DNA of 64,000 nucleotides, taken from positions 5,642,001-5,706,000 of the forward strand of contig OZ024747.1 of NCBI GenBank assembly GCA_964016885.1, read 5' to 3'. This document shows positions 40,353 to 55,253 of the stretch, piece by piece. The notes beneath the pieces are model-generated. The model was not told the DNA's origin, ran no database searches, and saw only the letters and a list, made by a program, of their open reading frames with translations. Made by a program: the position numbers and the translations under genes. Positions within the stretch are counted from its first letter, which is position 1. The number at the start of each line of letters is the position of its first letter. The stretch comes from Eledone cirrhosa (taxonomy: Eukaryota).

Positions 40353-41995
40353 TGTGTATATATTTGCAGACTGACGGTCAAACGAAATTTCACGCGCACG
40401 CTCTTACACACAAACTAACGCATACATGTGTACTTTCATTGTTTACGCACACACACGCGCACACACACACACACATACATACATACATACATACAGATAA
40501 GAATGATAGAGAACGTACAAAACACGCAATCATGCACGCTCATACATATGTCTGTATGTTTGTGAGTATGTATACACTTACATATATGTTACTGAGCGGT
40601 CGCACAGTCAATTAAATGTGTTACCTCTATAAAACTTTAAATATTTGTATTAAGAGTCAAACTGTTAATACAAATATTTAAACTCCAAGTTATTTTATTT
40701 TAACGTATAAGTTTATATATACATATTTATATATGTATAAGTTTATATATACATATTTATATATATATATATATTATTTACGTACATACATCGCTCTTAT
40801 GTGTATTATACAGGCATATGTGAGCGTATATAAATGTATTTCAGTGAAACAATACATATGTGTGAAGGCAACCCGTCTAGGAGGGCAGTGACTCCGATTA
40901 GGGATTACTGCATAGGGTAGAAGTTGGCCCTCTGAGCCGTAATGAAGGCAACCCGTCAAGGAGAGCAGAGATTCCAAATAAAAACTAACACAGGGTGGAA
41001 AGGAACCTTGTGTCTAATAAGACAACCTCTTTAGTGCTGGTGGTACGAACAATATGCTCAGCCCACACTGTAAGGTGTATAGATGGGTGGATGTATAGAT
41101 AGATAGATAGATAGATGGATGGATGGATGGAAGCGGTGGTGATTAATTCATTCATGTATATGTAAAGGTAACACTGTAATGTATGAGCGTATGATTTTGT
41201 GTTGTGTTCGTGTGTGTAGGTATTTCGATGATTGTGTTTATATGTTTGGAAGTGGGTGTCTGTGTGTGTGTAGGTGTTTGAATGATTGTCCGTTTGTGTG
41301 TGTGTGTAGATGTTTGGAGGAGTGTGTGAGTATGTGTGTAGGTGTGTCCGTCTGTGGGTACTTGAATGATTGTGTTTGTGTGTGTGAAGGTGTTTGGAAG
41401 TGTGTGTTTGTGTGAGTAGATGTTTGCAAGAGTGTGTGTGTGTGTCGGTGCAAGTCATTAAAGAAGACACCACCGGAAGCAGTAAATGTCAGTCTAGGTT
41501 TTGAACTTGTAACTATCACTTCCTTGTATTGAGTTCGTCAAGAGACTTGTTTCTTTGTAATAAGACTTGGCACGGGTCGACTACTTCACTTTACTGTTGT
41601 TTTTATTTAGTCTTTATCTCATGTTATTGTTGTCGTTGTTGTTGGTGGTGTGGTGGTGGTGTTGGTGGTGGTGTTGTTGGTGGGGATGTTGGTAGTGGTG
41701 ATGGTGGTGGTGGAGGTGGTGGTGTTGTTGTTGTTGTATACATGAGAACTGCTACTTTAGGGTGAGCGGAAATAATAGCCATATAACACAAACGACACAC
41801 AGACACTGGAGACAGATAACAACACCATAGGGACCAAAACCCTCAGCACCGTCCACTACACCAACCACCACTCACCACACCACTTCATCCAATCAAGAAA
41901 AATAGACAACGGAAAAGACTGTAACATGAAATAAAGGACAGAGAAGAGAAGAAAAACAAAAACCGGATCATTTAAATGACGGCAAATTCAATTTT

Positions 41996-42030
<35 letters not shown>

Positions 42031-42357
42031 CTCTTTTTCTCTATCTCCCTCTGTCTCCCCCCTCTATTTCTCTATCTCCCCCTGTCTTCCCCCTCTCTCT
42101 TTCTCTATCTCCCTCTGTCTATCTGCCCTTCTCCCTCTCTCTCTCTGTACTCCCTCTCTCTCTTTCTCTCTCTTTCTCTCTCTCTAGCTCTCTCTCTCGT
42201 GACTGTGTTCTAGAATGTGCGTACGCGTGTCTGCGCCTATACGTACACGTGTCTGTATATGTGTGTGCGTGTGTGTGAATGCATGGTCTAAGTGTGTGTG
42301 TGTATATATATTATGAAATACTGTTGGCTTCACGCTCACAATAATTTCTATACTTTC

Positions 42358-42424
<67 letters not shown>

Positions 42425-42565
42425 TCTGTGTGTGTTTGCTTATATTTACTGTAACTGCGTACGCCACTGTGTGATTCATTTTCACGAATAAATAAAATGG
42501 ATGGTTGAATGAAAAGATAACTAAATAGTTATGTAAATACACACATGCTCGCTTGTGTGTATGTG

Positions 42566-42602
<37 letters not shown>

Positions 42603-42604
42603 TA

Positions 42605-42913
42605 TACGATATTAACAAATGGAAACTATATTTATAAAACCATATTTATTTCATTATACATATTTCAACGACACCAAGTTAAATTATGGTGTGCTTTCAT
42701 CAGATAAAATATAATATAGAGCAGTTTTAAAATGAAAGCACACCATAATTTAACTTGGTGTCCTTGAAATATGTATAATGAAATAAATATGGTTTTATAA
42801 ATATAGTTTCCATTTGTTAATATCGTACTTTTACTCCAAATATTTGTTGAGTGCTTTATATCAGTTATAAAAATATTTGCTTGTTGTATCCCAACAATTT
42901 AAATTGAACTTTC

Positions 42914-42915
<2 letters not shown>
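42605..42915 (+). mobile_element. Fold-back PLE-like element (family of 53621 and 60770)
   Basis: Inverted arms to 42827, shared tail, (TA)n flanks; the direct arm is truncated through the hammerhead core. Confidence 0.85.
42647..42711 (-). ncRNA. Minimal type I hammerhead ribozyme
   Basis: tattttat-CTGATGA-aagcacacca..tggtgtcgtt-GAAA-tatgta-TA-atgaaata. Confidence 0.75.
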
Positions 42916-42971
<56 letters not shown>

Positions 42972-43516
42972 TTGTACGAGTGTATTAAATAGAGAGGGGG
43001 AGAGAGATCAACAGGTAGGTAGGTAGAAGGATGGATAGATAGTTAGATAAATAGCTAGATAGTTAGATAAATAGATAGATGGATGGATAGATAGATAGGT
43101 AGATATGTAGACAGACAGACATACTGACAGATGGATGCATACACAGATGGGTAGGTAGATGGATAGATAGATAGCTAAACAGACAGACAGACGGACGAAC
43201 AGACAGATAGAGAGGAAAATGAGAGAAGTACAATATAGAAAAAAGATAAGACTGGAAGACCAAAAGCAAAGAAGCTTTTGAAATAGATATTTGCTCATTT
43301 GCTATTTACTAGATGCAATTATAAGACAGGCTACATGACTGTCTCCTTAAGAAGCATATCTATTTCTTGACCTCCCCTTACTAGAACTCTTCCACTGCTC
43401 TTTAACAGAAGGTACAATGTGTAAGGATGCTTTTCTGTTTTAAATTTATCCCGATTGTCAGGAAAGTGATGTCTTTTGAACCTTAGTAGCGTGGAAACGA
43501 GAAGGTTTAGGTTCCC

Positions 43517-43561
<45 letters not shown>

Positions 43562-43919
43562 AAGAGTGAGACACATTTATATATATAAAGTTGTTATGTA
43601 TATATTTTTGTTGGTTTGTTGCTGGTGTTTTCTTTTCTTTTTGTTGTTTTGTTGTTATTTTTGTTTTGTTTTGTTTTATTTTGTTTTGTAAGGTTCGTTA
43701 GCGACGAGGTGAAGTGATGTGAAGTGAGCTGAAATAGTTTAAATAGTTACACAACCGGAAATAGAAATCTAGCTAGCGGAACTTAACCTCTCTCCAGCTT
43801 CGTATCGTCTGCGTTTGGTCTCCTACTTCTCCGTGTGTATGTGTGTGTGTACACACATTGACAGATAAATAGATAGGCATATATATATATATATATATAT
43901 ATGGAGAGATAGATAGATA

Positions 43920-44270
43920 TATTTCTTTATTTGCCACAAGGGCCGCACAAGAAAAAAGGACAATACAAAGACATATGGCGGGCTATTTACATACAGTCGT
44001 GTAAAAAATTTTAACATACAAATTCAACAATCGAAATCTCCAATAGGGGGGAAGCGTTACAAATGGGTTGTTTAATACCCCGTAGATAGAACAACCCTCA
44101 ACTCCAGGAGCGTGTTGTGCAAGTGCCCCCTTCTCCCTTTTGCTCTCTTCTTCAGCCTACAGGCTTATAAACAGAGAAGGCCCATTTTTGCCACATTCAC
44201 CCACCTTTCAGTAAATTTACTGGGGTGCAGTACCTCTCTCTCTGCACTCTGATTCTCCTTCTAAAGTGAC
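43920..44270 (-). mobile_element. 3' end of an L1/Tx1-like LINE; related 3'UTR copy at about 33960-34195(+)
   Basis: Remnant peptide REVLHPSKFTERWVNVAKM; 3'UTR ending tgtggcaaataaagaaa shared with 34170-34190. Confidence 0.6.
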
Positions 44271-45012
44271 ACAGGGACGTTACTAGATGGATGGCTAGGT
44301 TCCTTGCATGGAATCGTCGCTATTTATGTCCATTTACAATCTAAGTTCAAAATCCTACCTGGTTTATCCTAGCGTCTCATCGTTCGGGCACCGATGAAAT
44401 TAAAGCACCAGTCAACCACTTATATTTGTTTTGGAGCAATAACATTCTTAAAGACATTGGTCTATTAATGTATCTAGACCTTCACAGTCTCGTCGTCAGA
44501 ATAGAAATGGCAGATATAGTTTGTTGTTTCTGTGCTTTGCAATTGGTCACAAAAGATTATGTGAGTACTGGAAAATCTTCACTGCTGGATTAAAAGATAA
44601 TTTAGTGATTAAGTTGAATATAAAGTGTAAATATAGAAAAATGAAACCTCCTTAATAAAACTTGATAACACGAGTGTGTGTGTGTGTGTGTGTATGTGTG
44701 TGTCAATGTGCGTGTGTATGTGTATGTTTGTGTGTGATTGTATTGGGTCGTCAGTATGAAATTTGTAGAAATTTTTTTTTGTAAATTTCTACAAATTTCA
44801 AACTTGTCGACCCAATATGTTGGTGTGGGTGTATGTGTGTGTGTATGTATGCGAGCGGGTGTGTATCTGTACGTGTGTGTGTCTGTGTGCGTGTGTATGT
44901 ATGTGTGTGTATGTATGTGGGTGTGGGTGTGTTTATATATATATGTATGTGTGTGTCAGTGTGCGTGTGTATGTGTGTGTATGTATGTGGGTGTGTGTAT
45001 GTATGTGGGTGG

Positions 45013-45062
<50 letters not shown>

Positions 45063-45457
45063 GTCAGTGTGCGTACGTAATTATTTATAGTTTAATATTT
45101 TGAGTGCAAGTCTGCTGTTCAATGCGTGTCTGTCACTGGCACATTGATGTCATTAAGAACGAAAGGGAGCACCTCCATCTTGCTTTTCACTCTTGCTCGC
45201 TTTCTCATCACATCCCCGCCCCCTCACACATATATACTACCACCCACACACACCTTAAAGTTTCCCCAGTTCATTCCCAATTTGTCGTAATCTCCAACTA
45301 AACTGCATCTCTCTATCTCTCTCACTCACTCACTCACTCACTCTATCTCCCTCTCTCTATCTACCTCTCTATATATCTCTATCACTTTATCACTTTATCT
45401 ACGTCTTTATCTTTGGTTTTATCTGATCTGTACATATATATGGACATGTCAGAGTTA

Positions 45458-45459
<2 letters not shown>

Positions 45460-45495
<36 letters not shown>

Positions 45496-46593
45496 ACATA
45501 TATATATATATGTATATTTATATATACACACATATATATATACATACACACATGTACACACATATATATACATACACACATGTACACACACATATATATA
45601 TATGAGAGAGAGAGAGAGGTGTGTCTGTGTACATATATATGTATATTTATATATACACACATATATATACATACACACATGTACACACATATATATATAT
45701 ACATACACACATGTACACATATATATATATATATATATGTGAGAGAGAGAGAGGTGTGTGTGTGTACATATATATGTATATTTATATATACACACATATA
45801 TATACATACACACATGTACACACATATATATATACATACACACATGTACACATATATATACATACACACATGTACACACATATATATATACATACACACA
45901 TGTACACATATATATATATATATATGTGAGAGAGAGAGAGGTGTGTGTGTGTACATATATATGTATATTTATATATACACACATATATATACATACACAC
46001 ATGTACACACATATATATATACATACACACATGTACACATATATATATATATATGTGAGAGAGAGAGAGGTGTGTGTGTGTACATATATATGTATATTTA
46101 TATATACACACATATATATACATACACACATGTACACACATATATATATATACATACACACATGTACACATATATATATATATATATGTGAGAGAGAGAG
46201 AGGTGTGTGTGTGTGTACATATATATGTATATTTATATATACACACATATATATACATACACACATGTACACACATATATATATGAGAGAGAGAGAGAGG
46301 GGTGTGTGTGTAGATATATATGTATATTTATATATACACACACGTGCACACACACACATATATATGAGAGAGAGAGATGTGTGTGGTGTGAGTGGGTGTG
46401 AGTGTGAGTCTGTGAAGGGTGACAACTAATGTTGTAATGACAATGGTTGACACACACTAATGGCCTTTTCATTTACTGCAACATACATGGTGTCGCCAGT
46501 TATACTTACCTACTTTATTTATCTTGTTCGCCTCACACACATACACACACATAGACACACTCACACACACAGACACACTCACACACACACTCA

Positions 46594-46646
<53 letters not shown>

Positions 46647-46702
46647 ACACACATTCACACATACACATACACACACACTCACACAGACTCACACACACAC
46701 AT

Positions 46703-46742
<40 letters not shown>

Positions 46743-46889
46743 ACACACATTCACACATACACATACACACACACTCACACAGACTCACTCACACATACAC
46801 TCACACACACACACACACACACATACACTCACACATACATACATTCACACATACACTCACACACACTCACACTCACACACATAGACACA

Positions 46890-46939
<50 letters not shown>

Positions 46940-47003
46940 CACACACACACATTCACACATACACATACACACACACTCACACAGACTCACTCACACATAC
47001 ACT

Positions 47004-47036
<33 letters not shown>

Positions 47037-47321
47037 TCACACATACATACACTCACACATACACTCACACACACTCACACTCACACACATAGACACACTC
47101 ACACATACACTCGCACACACATGCATATACATACTCATACACACACGCTCACTCATACACACACACATACATACACACACATATATATATATATATAGTG
47201 TGTGTGTCTGCCTGTCTGTGTGGAGCAATGGGGTATATGTGTGTGCCCGTGTCTGCATGTGAATGTATGTATATATGTGTGTGTGTGCATGTATGTATTT
47301 ATTTATGTATGAATGTGTGTA

Positions 47322-47352
<31 letters not shown>

Positions 47353-47690
47353 GTGTGTCGTATGTATATATGTGAATGTATGTATGTGTGTGCATGTATG
47401 TAAGTATTTACGCTTGAATGTGTGTATGAATGTTTGTGTACGTTTGTATGTATGTGTATGTATGTATCTATATATGTTTACATGTATGTATATGTGTCCT
47501 ATGTATGTATGTATATGTATGTCTGTCTGTATGTATATGTATGTCTGTCTGTATATATATGTATACGTATGTCTGTCTGTATATATATGTATATGTATGT
47601 ATGTATATGTATGTATGTATATATATGTCTGTCTGTATGTATGTGTATGTATGTATATGTATACGTATGTATGTATATGTCTGTATGTAT
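45460..47690. repeat. Higher-order compound microsatellite arrays (TA/CA/GA/TG)
   Basis: Higher-order units repeated at 45480-46380, followed by CA-rich and TATG-rich tracts. Confidence 0.9.
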
Positions 47691-48346
47691 ACAATCGATT
47701 ACGCTCTGTTGTATAGTGTATAATTGCATAATTCTCTTCCTTGCAGATACAAATATTCACAACTTTCTGTTGTTTTTTAATTCCATCAGAAATGTTCCAA
47801 TGTTTGTAGAAAATTAGTTAAATATCGCATTAAATGGAATATTTATTTCAATGGAATTGAGATTCCAGAAGCTTCTTTTTTCCTTTTTCTTTTTGACGAG
47901 TAAAAATAACAGTAGTCAGCATTTCCTGTTTATAAACAACAAACACTAAAACAGTCAAATATATTTAAGTAATTCTTACCATTTTAATCATTCAAAGACA
48001 ATCAATGTTAAGGTGTTCTTGTAATTATATTTTATTTTTAGTTGTGTAATACATTTTTTTAACATCGCCATTTCCATTGTAGATAAAAGTGGTAGTGTTT
48101 TAGCAAGCGCTAAATGGATGTTATTTTGTTGTTTTAATTATCGATTATATTGACCCAGTTAAAAATGTTTTAATCAGCATTACCCTAGATCTTATTATTG
48201 AGTAAATTGAATATCTGTAAGTATCATTGTTTTGACTTGTGAAATCTACTGAAGCTTGGGTAATTAATGAAGGAATATGAAAGGGAAGGGAAAAACATCG
48301 TATGGGATAAGTGGAACAATTCTTTTACCGATGACTAGATGACTAT

Positions 48347-48400
<54 letters not shown>

Positions 48401-48408
<8 letters not shown>

Positions 48409-48797
48409 AGATCAAAAGATGGTTAAAAGAGTTCCAAGTATTTTATTATGCGCATTTCAAAAACAAATATCATCATGGGATGATATCTGCGTTCTAATCA
48501 GATAAAATATGAAGCTTAAAAAACACTTGTGAGCAGTGAAATATGTTGATTTAAAATGTCACTGCTCACAAGTGTTTTTTAAGCTTCATATCATGTCTCC
48601 CTATTTTATCTGATGAGAACGCAGATATCATCCTATGATGATATTTGTTTTTGAAATGCGCATAATAAAATACTTGGAACTCTTTTAACCATCTTTTGAT
48701 CTTATATTATTTATACTCCAGTCCTACAAACTGTAGAGTGCTACTTATCCGATATTTGCATTGCTTTATTGTGCTACAATAAAACTCACCTCCTACA
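48401..48797 (+). mobile_element. Fold-back PLE-like element (family of 54601-55293)
   Basis: Inverted arms spanning 48401-48710, tail to 48797, (TA)n both sides; the left-arm hammerhead reads CTGATTA (core mutation). Confidence 0.85.
48602..48672 (+). ncRNA. Minimal type I hammerhead ribozyme, intact
   Basis: tattttat-CTGATGA-gaacgcagatatcatc ctat gatgatatttgttttt-GAAA-tgcgca-TA-ataaaata; ATGCGCAT palindrome; predicted cleavage after 48664. Confidence 0.88.
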
Positions 48798-48833
48798 TAT
48801 ATATATATATATATGTGTGTGTGTATATGTATG

Positions 48834-48878
<45 letters not shown>

Positions 48879-49306
48879 TACTCAATACTTAGGGTAGTAG
48901 AGTGGGTAATAGGAAAAGAGTCAGGACCCTGACGGCTGAGCTCCGCCTGTTTCGACAGCTAGATCTGAACGGATCTAGCCGTCGAATCAGCCGGAGCTCA
49001 GCCGTCGGGGTCCTGACTTTTTTCCTATATATACTTAAGTAGTGAGTCTTAGTATATTTGAACTCTACTTCGGTATTGAGTACCCAATGGAATAGAAAAA
49101 GAAAAAACAGCAACACAGTAAAAACAAAAATAAATAAAAAGTGAAAGTAGATTGACCGGTGGAAGTCTCGTTCTGTCTCTTGTCAGTAATTCACATAGGA
49201 AAAAATGAGTGTGACACAACTCACCTTATCTCTCTCTCTCTCTCGTTCTGTCTGTCTGTCTCTCTCCTTCCCCCACCTCTCTCTCTCTCTGTCTGTCTCT
49301 CTCCTT

Positions 49307-49353
<47 letters not shown>

Positions 49354-49777
49354 GTCTCTCTCTCTCTAACTATCCCTATCTCTCCCCCTCTTTCTCTCTA
49401 ACTCTCTCATCTCTCTCCCTCTCCTTCTGTCTGTCTCGCCTCCCCCCACACTCTCTCTTTATCCACCCCACCTCTTTCTCTCTCTCTTCCCCTCTCTCTC
49501 TCTCCCTCTCTCTCTCTTTCACTCTCCCTCTTTCTCTCTACCCCCCCCCCCCCTTACCCTATCTATCTCTCTGCGTCTCTTTCTCTCTCTTCCTTTCTCT
49601 TCTCGAAGTTAATATGGCTGGTCATTTATTGTTCAATATCTTTCATTAAAAAAGCAAACAACACCACCAAAACCTGTATAAAAATCAAATAGTCAAGCTC
49701 GTTTAATTCATAGGTGCGTGGGATAAATAAATATTTATTCTGTGTATTTGCATAACCGTATTCATTAAACACACAAC

Positions 49778-49808
<31 letters not shown>

Positions 49809-50109
49809 GAACTAATAATAATAATGAAACTGATACTAATAATAGCAATGGCGGCTATTTCAGTCGTTATTCTTTAGATGTGAATTTTCTCTTTTTTTGT
49901 ATCAAAATGTCGACTTTTTCCCTTCATTTTCCTCTGATTTTTAAACTTTGTCACAGTCTTTTCTCTCAACTTTCTTTCAACCTCTGGGAATTTAACTGAA
50001 ATTATACTAAAAGAAAATATATCGAATATAAGAATATTTATATATTTGTTTGTCTTTTGTGTTTCTATTCTTATTCTATACATAATTTAGTTGAAGTCTA
50101 TTTAAATAT

Positions 50110-50540
50110 AGGCGCGTGTCTTTGTGGTTAGCGCATTAGGTTTGAGATCGTGAGTTCGATTCCTAGCGCAGCAAGACACTTTATTTCAGGTTGCTTCAGT
50201 CCACTCAGTACCTGTAATTTGAAAGACCAGCCTTGTTTCATTCTGTGTCACGCTGAATCTCCCTGAGAACTATGTTAATGGTACGCGTTCATTTAATTTA
50301 GTCTATTTAATTTAATTATAGACGCATGAGTTCGATTCCATGCGACGCAAGACACTTTATTTCACGTTGCTCCAGTCACTCAGCTAACAGAAATGGGTTG
50401 TACCTGTAATCTAAACGGCCAGCTTTATCCAATTCTGTGTCATGCTGAATCTCCCTGAGAAATATATTATGGGTAATTAAGGGTACGCGTGTATGTTGAA
50501 TGCTTAGTTACTTTCACGTTAATTTCAAGTGCAGAAACCT
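50110..50540 (+). mobile_element. Second tRNA-derived SINE family, two tandem copies; others at 1-118, 910-1020, 9480-9760(-)
   Basis: B-box GTTCGATTC followed by gcaagacactttatttcacgttgctccagt. Confidence 0.75.
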
Positions 50541-51142
50541 AGATAAGCGCCGGCTTCATGAATCCCGGGTACGAGACAGTAACTTGTATAACTTGAGATA
50601 GAATTGACCGTCACTTTTAGCAAGTCTAACGTTCGTATGGAGGCTTCATCAGCTGTCTAGTTGACTGGAATTGAAGTGATTTCGACTCATTGAACATTTA
50701 TTCATCTGAATCTTCCGAACGTTGTCAAGCATTCGTAAATGTTTTGTCATTTTATATTTCTTTCACGATTTTATACTCTGATTTACAATATTAAGCCCCC
50801 CATAATAAGGGTTGCCGTGTGGGTGATTACGGGCTTCCAAAGTGACCCCATTCGTTATAGCTAATTAATTCTAAGGAAAGCCATTTAAAATTTAAAGGAG
50901 TATCATTTAAAGTCGTATCAGATTACTGGATCTTAGCAACTGTTTCTCTCCGCTCCGCGTGTTAGTGTGCTCAAATAATACACTACATATACGAACAAGG
51001 AAGACATTCATATATATATGTGTGTGTGTGTGTGTGTGTATGTGTGTGTGTGTGTGTGTATACCTTTGTGTGTTTGTGTGCATGTGTGTGTGGGCGTGTG
51101 TGTGTATATACGTTTGTGTGTTTGTGTTTTGTGTGCATATGT

Positions 51143-51193
<51 letters not shown>

Positions 51194-51368
51194 ATTTCTG
51201 TGTGTGTGTGTGTATTTCTGTGTGTGTGTGTGTGTTTCTGTATGTGTGTGTGTGTGTGTTTCTGTATGTGTGTGTGTGTGTGTATTCATATATACATACA
51301 TGCACATACATATACATAGATACATATATATACGTGTGTGTATGTAGTTATGTGTGTGTGTGTGTATG

Positions 51369-51415
<47 letters not shown>

Positions 51416-51592
51416 ATGTGAGAGAGAGAGAAATAAGGTGAAGGAGAGATTTACAGTTAAACACTTTATTCAATAGAGCCCAGGCTGAAAATGTCGTGTT
51501 ACTGTGTTGTTTCTGTATTATTGAGTTATTTCCAATAATAACAAGTCTGAAAATAGAAATATGCAAGCTCACAGATCTGACATCTCTCTCTA

Positions 51593-51731
51593 AAACAACT
51601 ACAACAATACAATATAAACAACTACAACAATACAATATAAACAACTACAACAATACAATATAAACAACTACAACAATACAATATAAACAAACTACAACAA
51701 TACAATATAAACAACTACAACAATACAATAT
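51593..51731. repeat. 23-bp tandem repeat aaacaactacaacaatacaatat, about 6 units
   Basis: Direct inspection. Confidence 0.9.
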
Positions 51732-51922
51732 GGTGAAACAATAGAAGCTCTGTAAGCAGAGCAAGATTATTCATGATAAACCCTGGAGGCGAAAAAGGGA
51801 GGCAACCCTCCACGTATCAACGTACATCCTATTAGAAAGTATATCAAAATATCTACTGTTAAACACAGGAAATTACAGGAAACATAGTTCATTGCGTTAC
51901 ACGCATACAAGAGGAGTATGTG

Positions 51923-52088
<166 letters not shown>

Positions 52089-52176
52089 CACACACTACAC
52101 ATATGAACAAGGAAGACATTCATACATGTGTGTGTGCCATGTCTGTGTGGGTGGGTGTGAGAGGTACACAGACACT

Positions 52177-52215
<39 letters not shown>

Positions 52216-52271
52216 TGAGACACACACACACATAGACGCAGACAGACAGACAGACACACACAGACACACAC

Positions 52272-52313
<42 letters not shown>

Positions 52314-52415
52314 TGAAGGATTCTTTTCTTTTCTTTTCTCAGTGTTGTTTTCTTTATTTCTGTCTCGGTTTACATGTAACACACATACAAAAATACATAC
52401 ATAAACACACGTTCA

Positions 52416-52465
<50 letters not shown>

Positions 52466-52561
52466 ACACACACGTGTGTGTGTGTTTACTCTGCTCATCT
52501 GGTCGAGTCTGGTGTAATCTCCAAACTCTATCTTGTACTGACAGAGACTCTCAACTTTCCT

Positions 52562-53305
52562 GGTGGTTCAACAAAGATATATATTAATATTTACTCTACT
52601 AACACTAACAAGTCCCCCCCCCCTCATCACTAAATGGTGGTTTCAACAAAGATATATATTAATATTTACTCTACTAACACTAACAAGTCCCCCCCCCCCT
52701 CATCACTAAATGGTGGTTCAACAAAGATATATATTAATATTTACTCTACTAACACTAACAAGTCCCCCCCCCCCTCATCACTCAATGGTGGTTCAACAAA
52801 GATATATATTAATATTTACTCTACTAACACTAACAAGTCCCCCCCCTCATCACTAAATGGTGGTTCAACAAAGATATATATTAATATTTACTCTACTAAC
52901 ACTAACAAGTCCCCCCCCCCCCTCATCACTCAATGGTGGTTCAACAAAGATATATATTAATATTTACTCTACTAACACTAACAAGTCCCCCCCCCTCATC
53001 ACTAAATGGTGGTTCAACAAAGATATATATTAATATTTACTCTACTAACACTAACAAGTCCCCCCCCCCTCATCACTAAATGGTGGTTCAACAAAGATAT
53101 ATATTAATATTACTCTACTAACACTAACAAGTCCCCCCCCCCCCTCATCACTAAATGGTGGTTCAACAAAGATATATATTAATATTTACTCTACTAACAC
53201 TAACAAGTCCCCCCCCCCCCTCATCACTAAATGGTGGTTCAACAAAGATATATATTAATATTTACTCTACTAACACTAACAAGTCCCCCCCCCCTCATCA
53301 CTAAA
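52562..53305. repeat. Tandem repeat of about 74 bp, 10 units, with a variable poly-C tract
   Basis: ggtggttcaacaaagatatatattaatatttactctactaacactaacaagt(c)n tcatcactaaat. Confidence 0.95.
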
Positions 53306-53522
53306 TGTTTGTTGCTGTTTATAATCAATTCTATAAACCATAAACTCTATTTAACTTTAATATACATACATATAAAAGTCTGTGTGTGTGTGTATTTATA
53401 TGAATATCTTTATATGTATGTATATATTTATATGTATATGATCTCAGGAATTTTACCCGCCCTAGATAGATAGATATATGTATATACATATTTATGTATA
53501 TGCATGTATGTATGCGTATATA

Positions 53523-53553
<31 letters not shown>

Positions 53554-53665
53554 GTGTATATATATATATGTGTATATATATATGTGTGTGTGTGTATATA
53601 TATAAATATATACATATGTATATACGATATTAAACAAATGGAAACTATATTTATAAAACCATATT

Positions 53666-53730
53666 TATTTCATTATACATATTTCAGGGATACCATATTA
53701 AAAATATGGCATGCCTTCTTCAGATAAATA
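53666..53730 (-). ncRNA. Minimal type I hammerhead ribozyme
   Basis: Reverse-complement copy of 53887-53952 with a 1-nt deletion in stem I. Confidence 0.8.
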
Positions 53731-53886
53731 CAATATATAAGCAGTTTTATAATAAATAAATTTGACGTACCATATCAACTTCCATTTAAAAAAGTTGGTT
53801 TTTAAATGGAAGTTTTTTAAATGGAAGTTGATCAATATTTTTATGGTACGTCAAATTTATTTATTTATAAAACTGCTTATATATTG

Positions 53887-53952
53887 TATTTTATCTGAAG
53901 AAGGCATGCCATATTTTTAATATGGTATCCCTGAAATATGTATAATGAAATA
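53887..53952 (+). ncRNA. Minimal type I hammerhead ribozyme, intact
   Basis: tattttat-CTGAAGA-aggcatgccatatt ttt aatatggtatccct-GAAA-tatgta-TA-atgaaata; predicted cleavage after 53944. Confidence 0.87.
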
Positions 53953-54086
53953 AATATGGTTTTATAAATATAGTTTCCATTTGTTTAATATCGTATATCT
54001 ACTCCAAAACTTGTTGAGTGCTTTATATCAGTTATAAAATATTTACTCGTTGTAACCCAACAATTTTAAATAAAACTTTTGCATAC

Positions 54087-54236
<150 letters not shown>

Positions 54237-54261
54237 ATATATAAATATATACATATGTATG

Positions 54262-54294
<33 letters not shown>

Positions 54295-54555
54295 TTACAT
54301 ACATACATATTATCCCAAGAACTATCGGGAACGAAGACATCGAGGGGTGGCTGTGATAATTTATGAATAAAATAAAGATTTAATGTGACATGGTGAACAG
54401 CGACAGCTTCAAATGTCATGAGAGTGCACCAATTGGTAGTTTGATATTTTAATAAGAAACTCTTTGCTTGGCCCTCCTTCCATCCTAAATAAATGTTATT
54501 TCGGTTCTAAAAACTACAGCAAATAACATTTTTCACTCAACTCACAATCACGCGC

Positions 54556-54604
<49 letters not shown>

Positions 54605-54725
54605 GGAGGTGAGTTTTATTGTAGTACAATAAAGCAATGCAGATATCGGATAAGTAGCACTCTACAGTTTGTAGGACTGGAGTATAAATAATATAAGATC
54701 AAAAGATGGTTAAAAGAGTTCCATG

Positions 54726-54798
54726 TATTTTATTATGCGCATTTCAAAAACAAATATCATCATGCGATGAATTTGCGGCGTTTTCGTCAGATAAAATA
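54726..54798 (-). ncRNA. Minimal type I hammerhead ribozyme
   Basis: tattttat-CTGACGA-aaacgccgcaaattcatc..gatgatatttgttttt-GAAA-tgcgca-TA-ataaaata. Confidence 0.8.
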
Positions 54799-55186
54799 GG
54801 GAGACATGATATGAAGGTTAAAAAACACTTGTGAATAGTGCAGTTTTAATTCAACATATGAAAAGTAGTTTAAGATTGATGATATTGGGAAAAAAATGGG
54901 GGGGGTGGGGGGTGGAAAGGATGAAAAAGAGGAGGAGATGAGAGTAAAGAATGGAGGGGAGGAGTATAATAAGGAAGGATGAGATAGGAGGAGAGATGGG
55001 TGATAGAGAAGGAGATAGCTTTTATAACTGAGAAAAATATATTATTTTACAGAGAGAGGTTAAAAAACCGTTGGAAGATAATATATAAATTAAAAGAATT
55101 TGAAAATTAACGAAGAGAAAAATTAAGAATAATGTTAAATTAAGGTGTGTATATTGAAGGGTTTAATAATATGTGCGATGAAAAGG

Positions 55187-55253
55187 TTTTATCTGACGAA
55201 ATCGCAAATGTCATCGCATGATGATATTTGTTTTTGAAATGCGCATAATAAAA
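55187..55253 (+). ncRNA. Minimal type I hammerhead ribozyme
   Basis: ttttat-CTGACGA-aatcgcaaatgtcatc gcat gatgatatttgttttt-GAAA-tgcgca-TA-ataaaa. Confidence 0.8.

Larger units (their letters stand above)
53621..54084 (+). mobile_element. Fold-back PLE-like element with a hammerhead on both strands
   Basis: Near-perfect arms spanning 53621-53998, rearranged centre, tail to 54084, then a long (TA)n. Confidence 0.87.

Noticed and set aside
6613-50734. AG acceptors at about 6612, 15813, 22421, 47746 and 50660 as further slit exons
   Set aside because: In-frame stops or no LRR pattern, and no donor at 72 nt.
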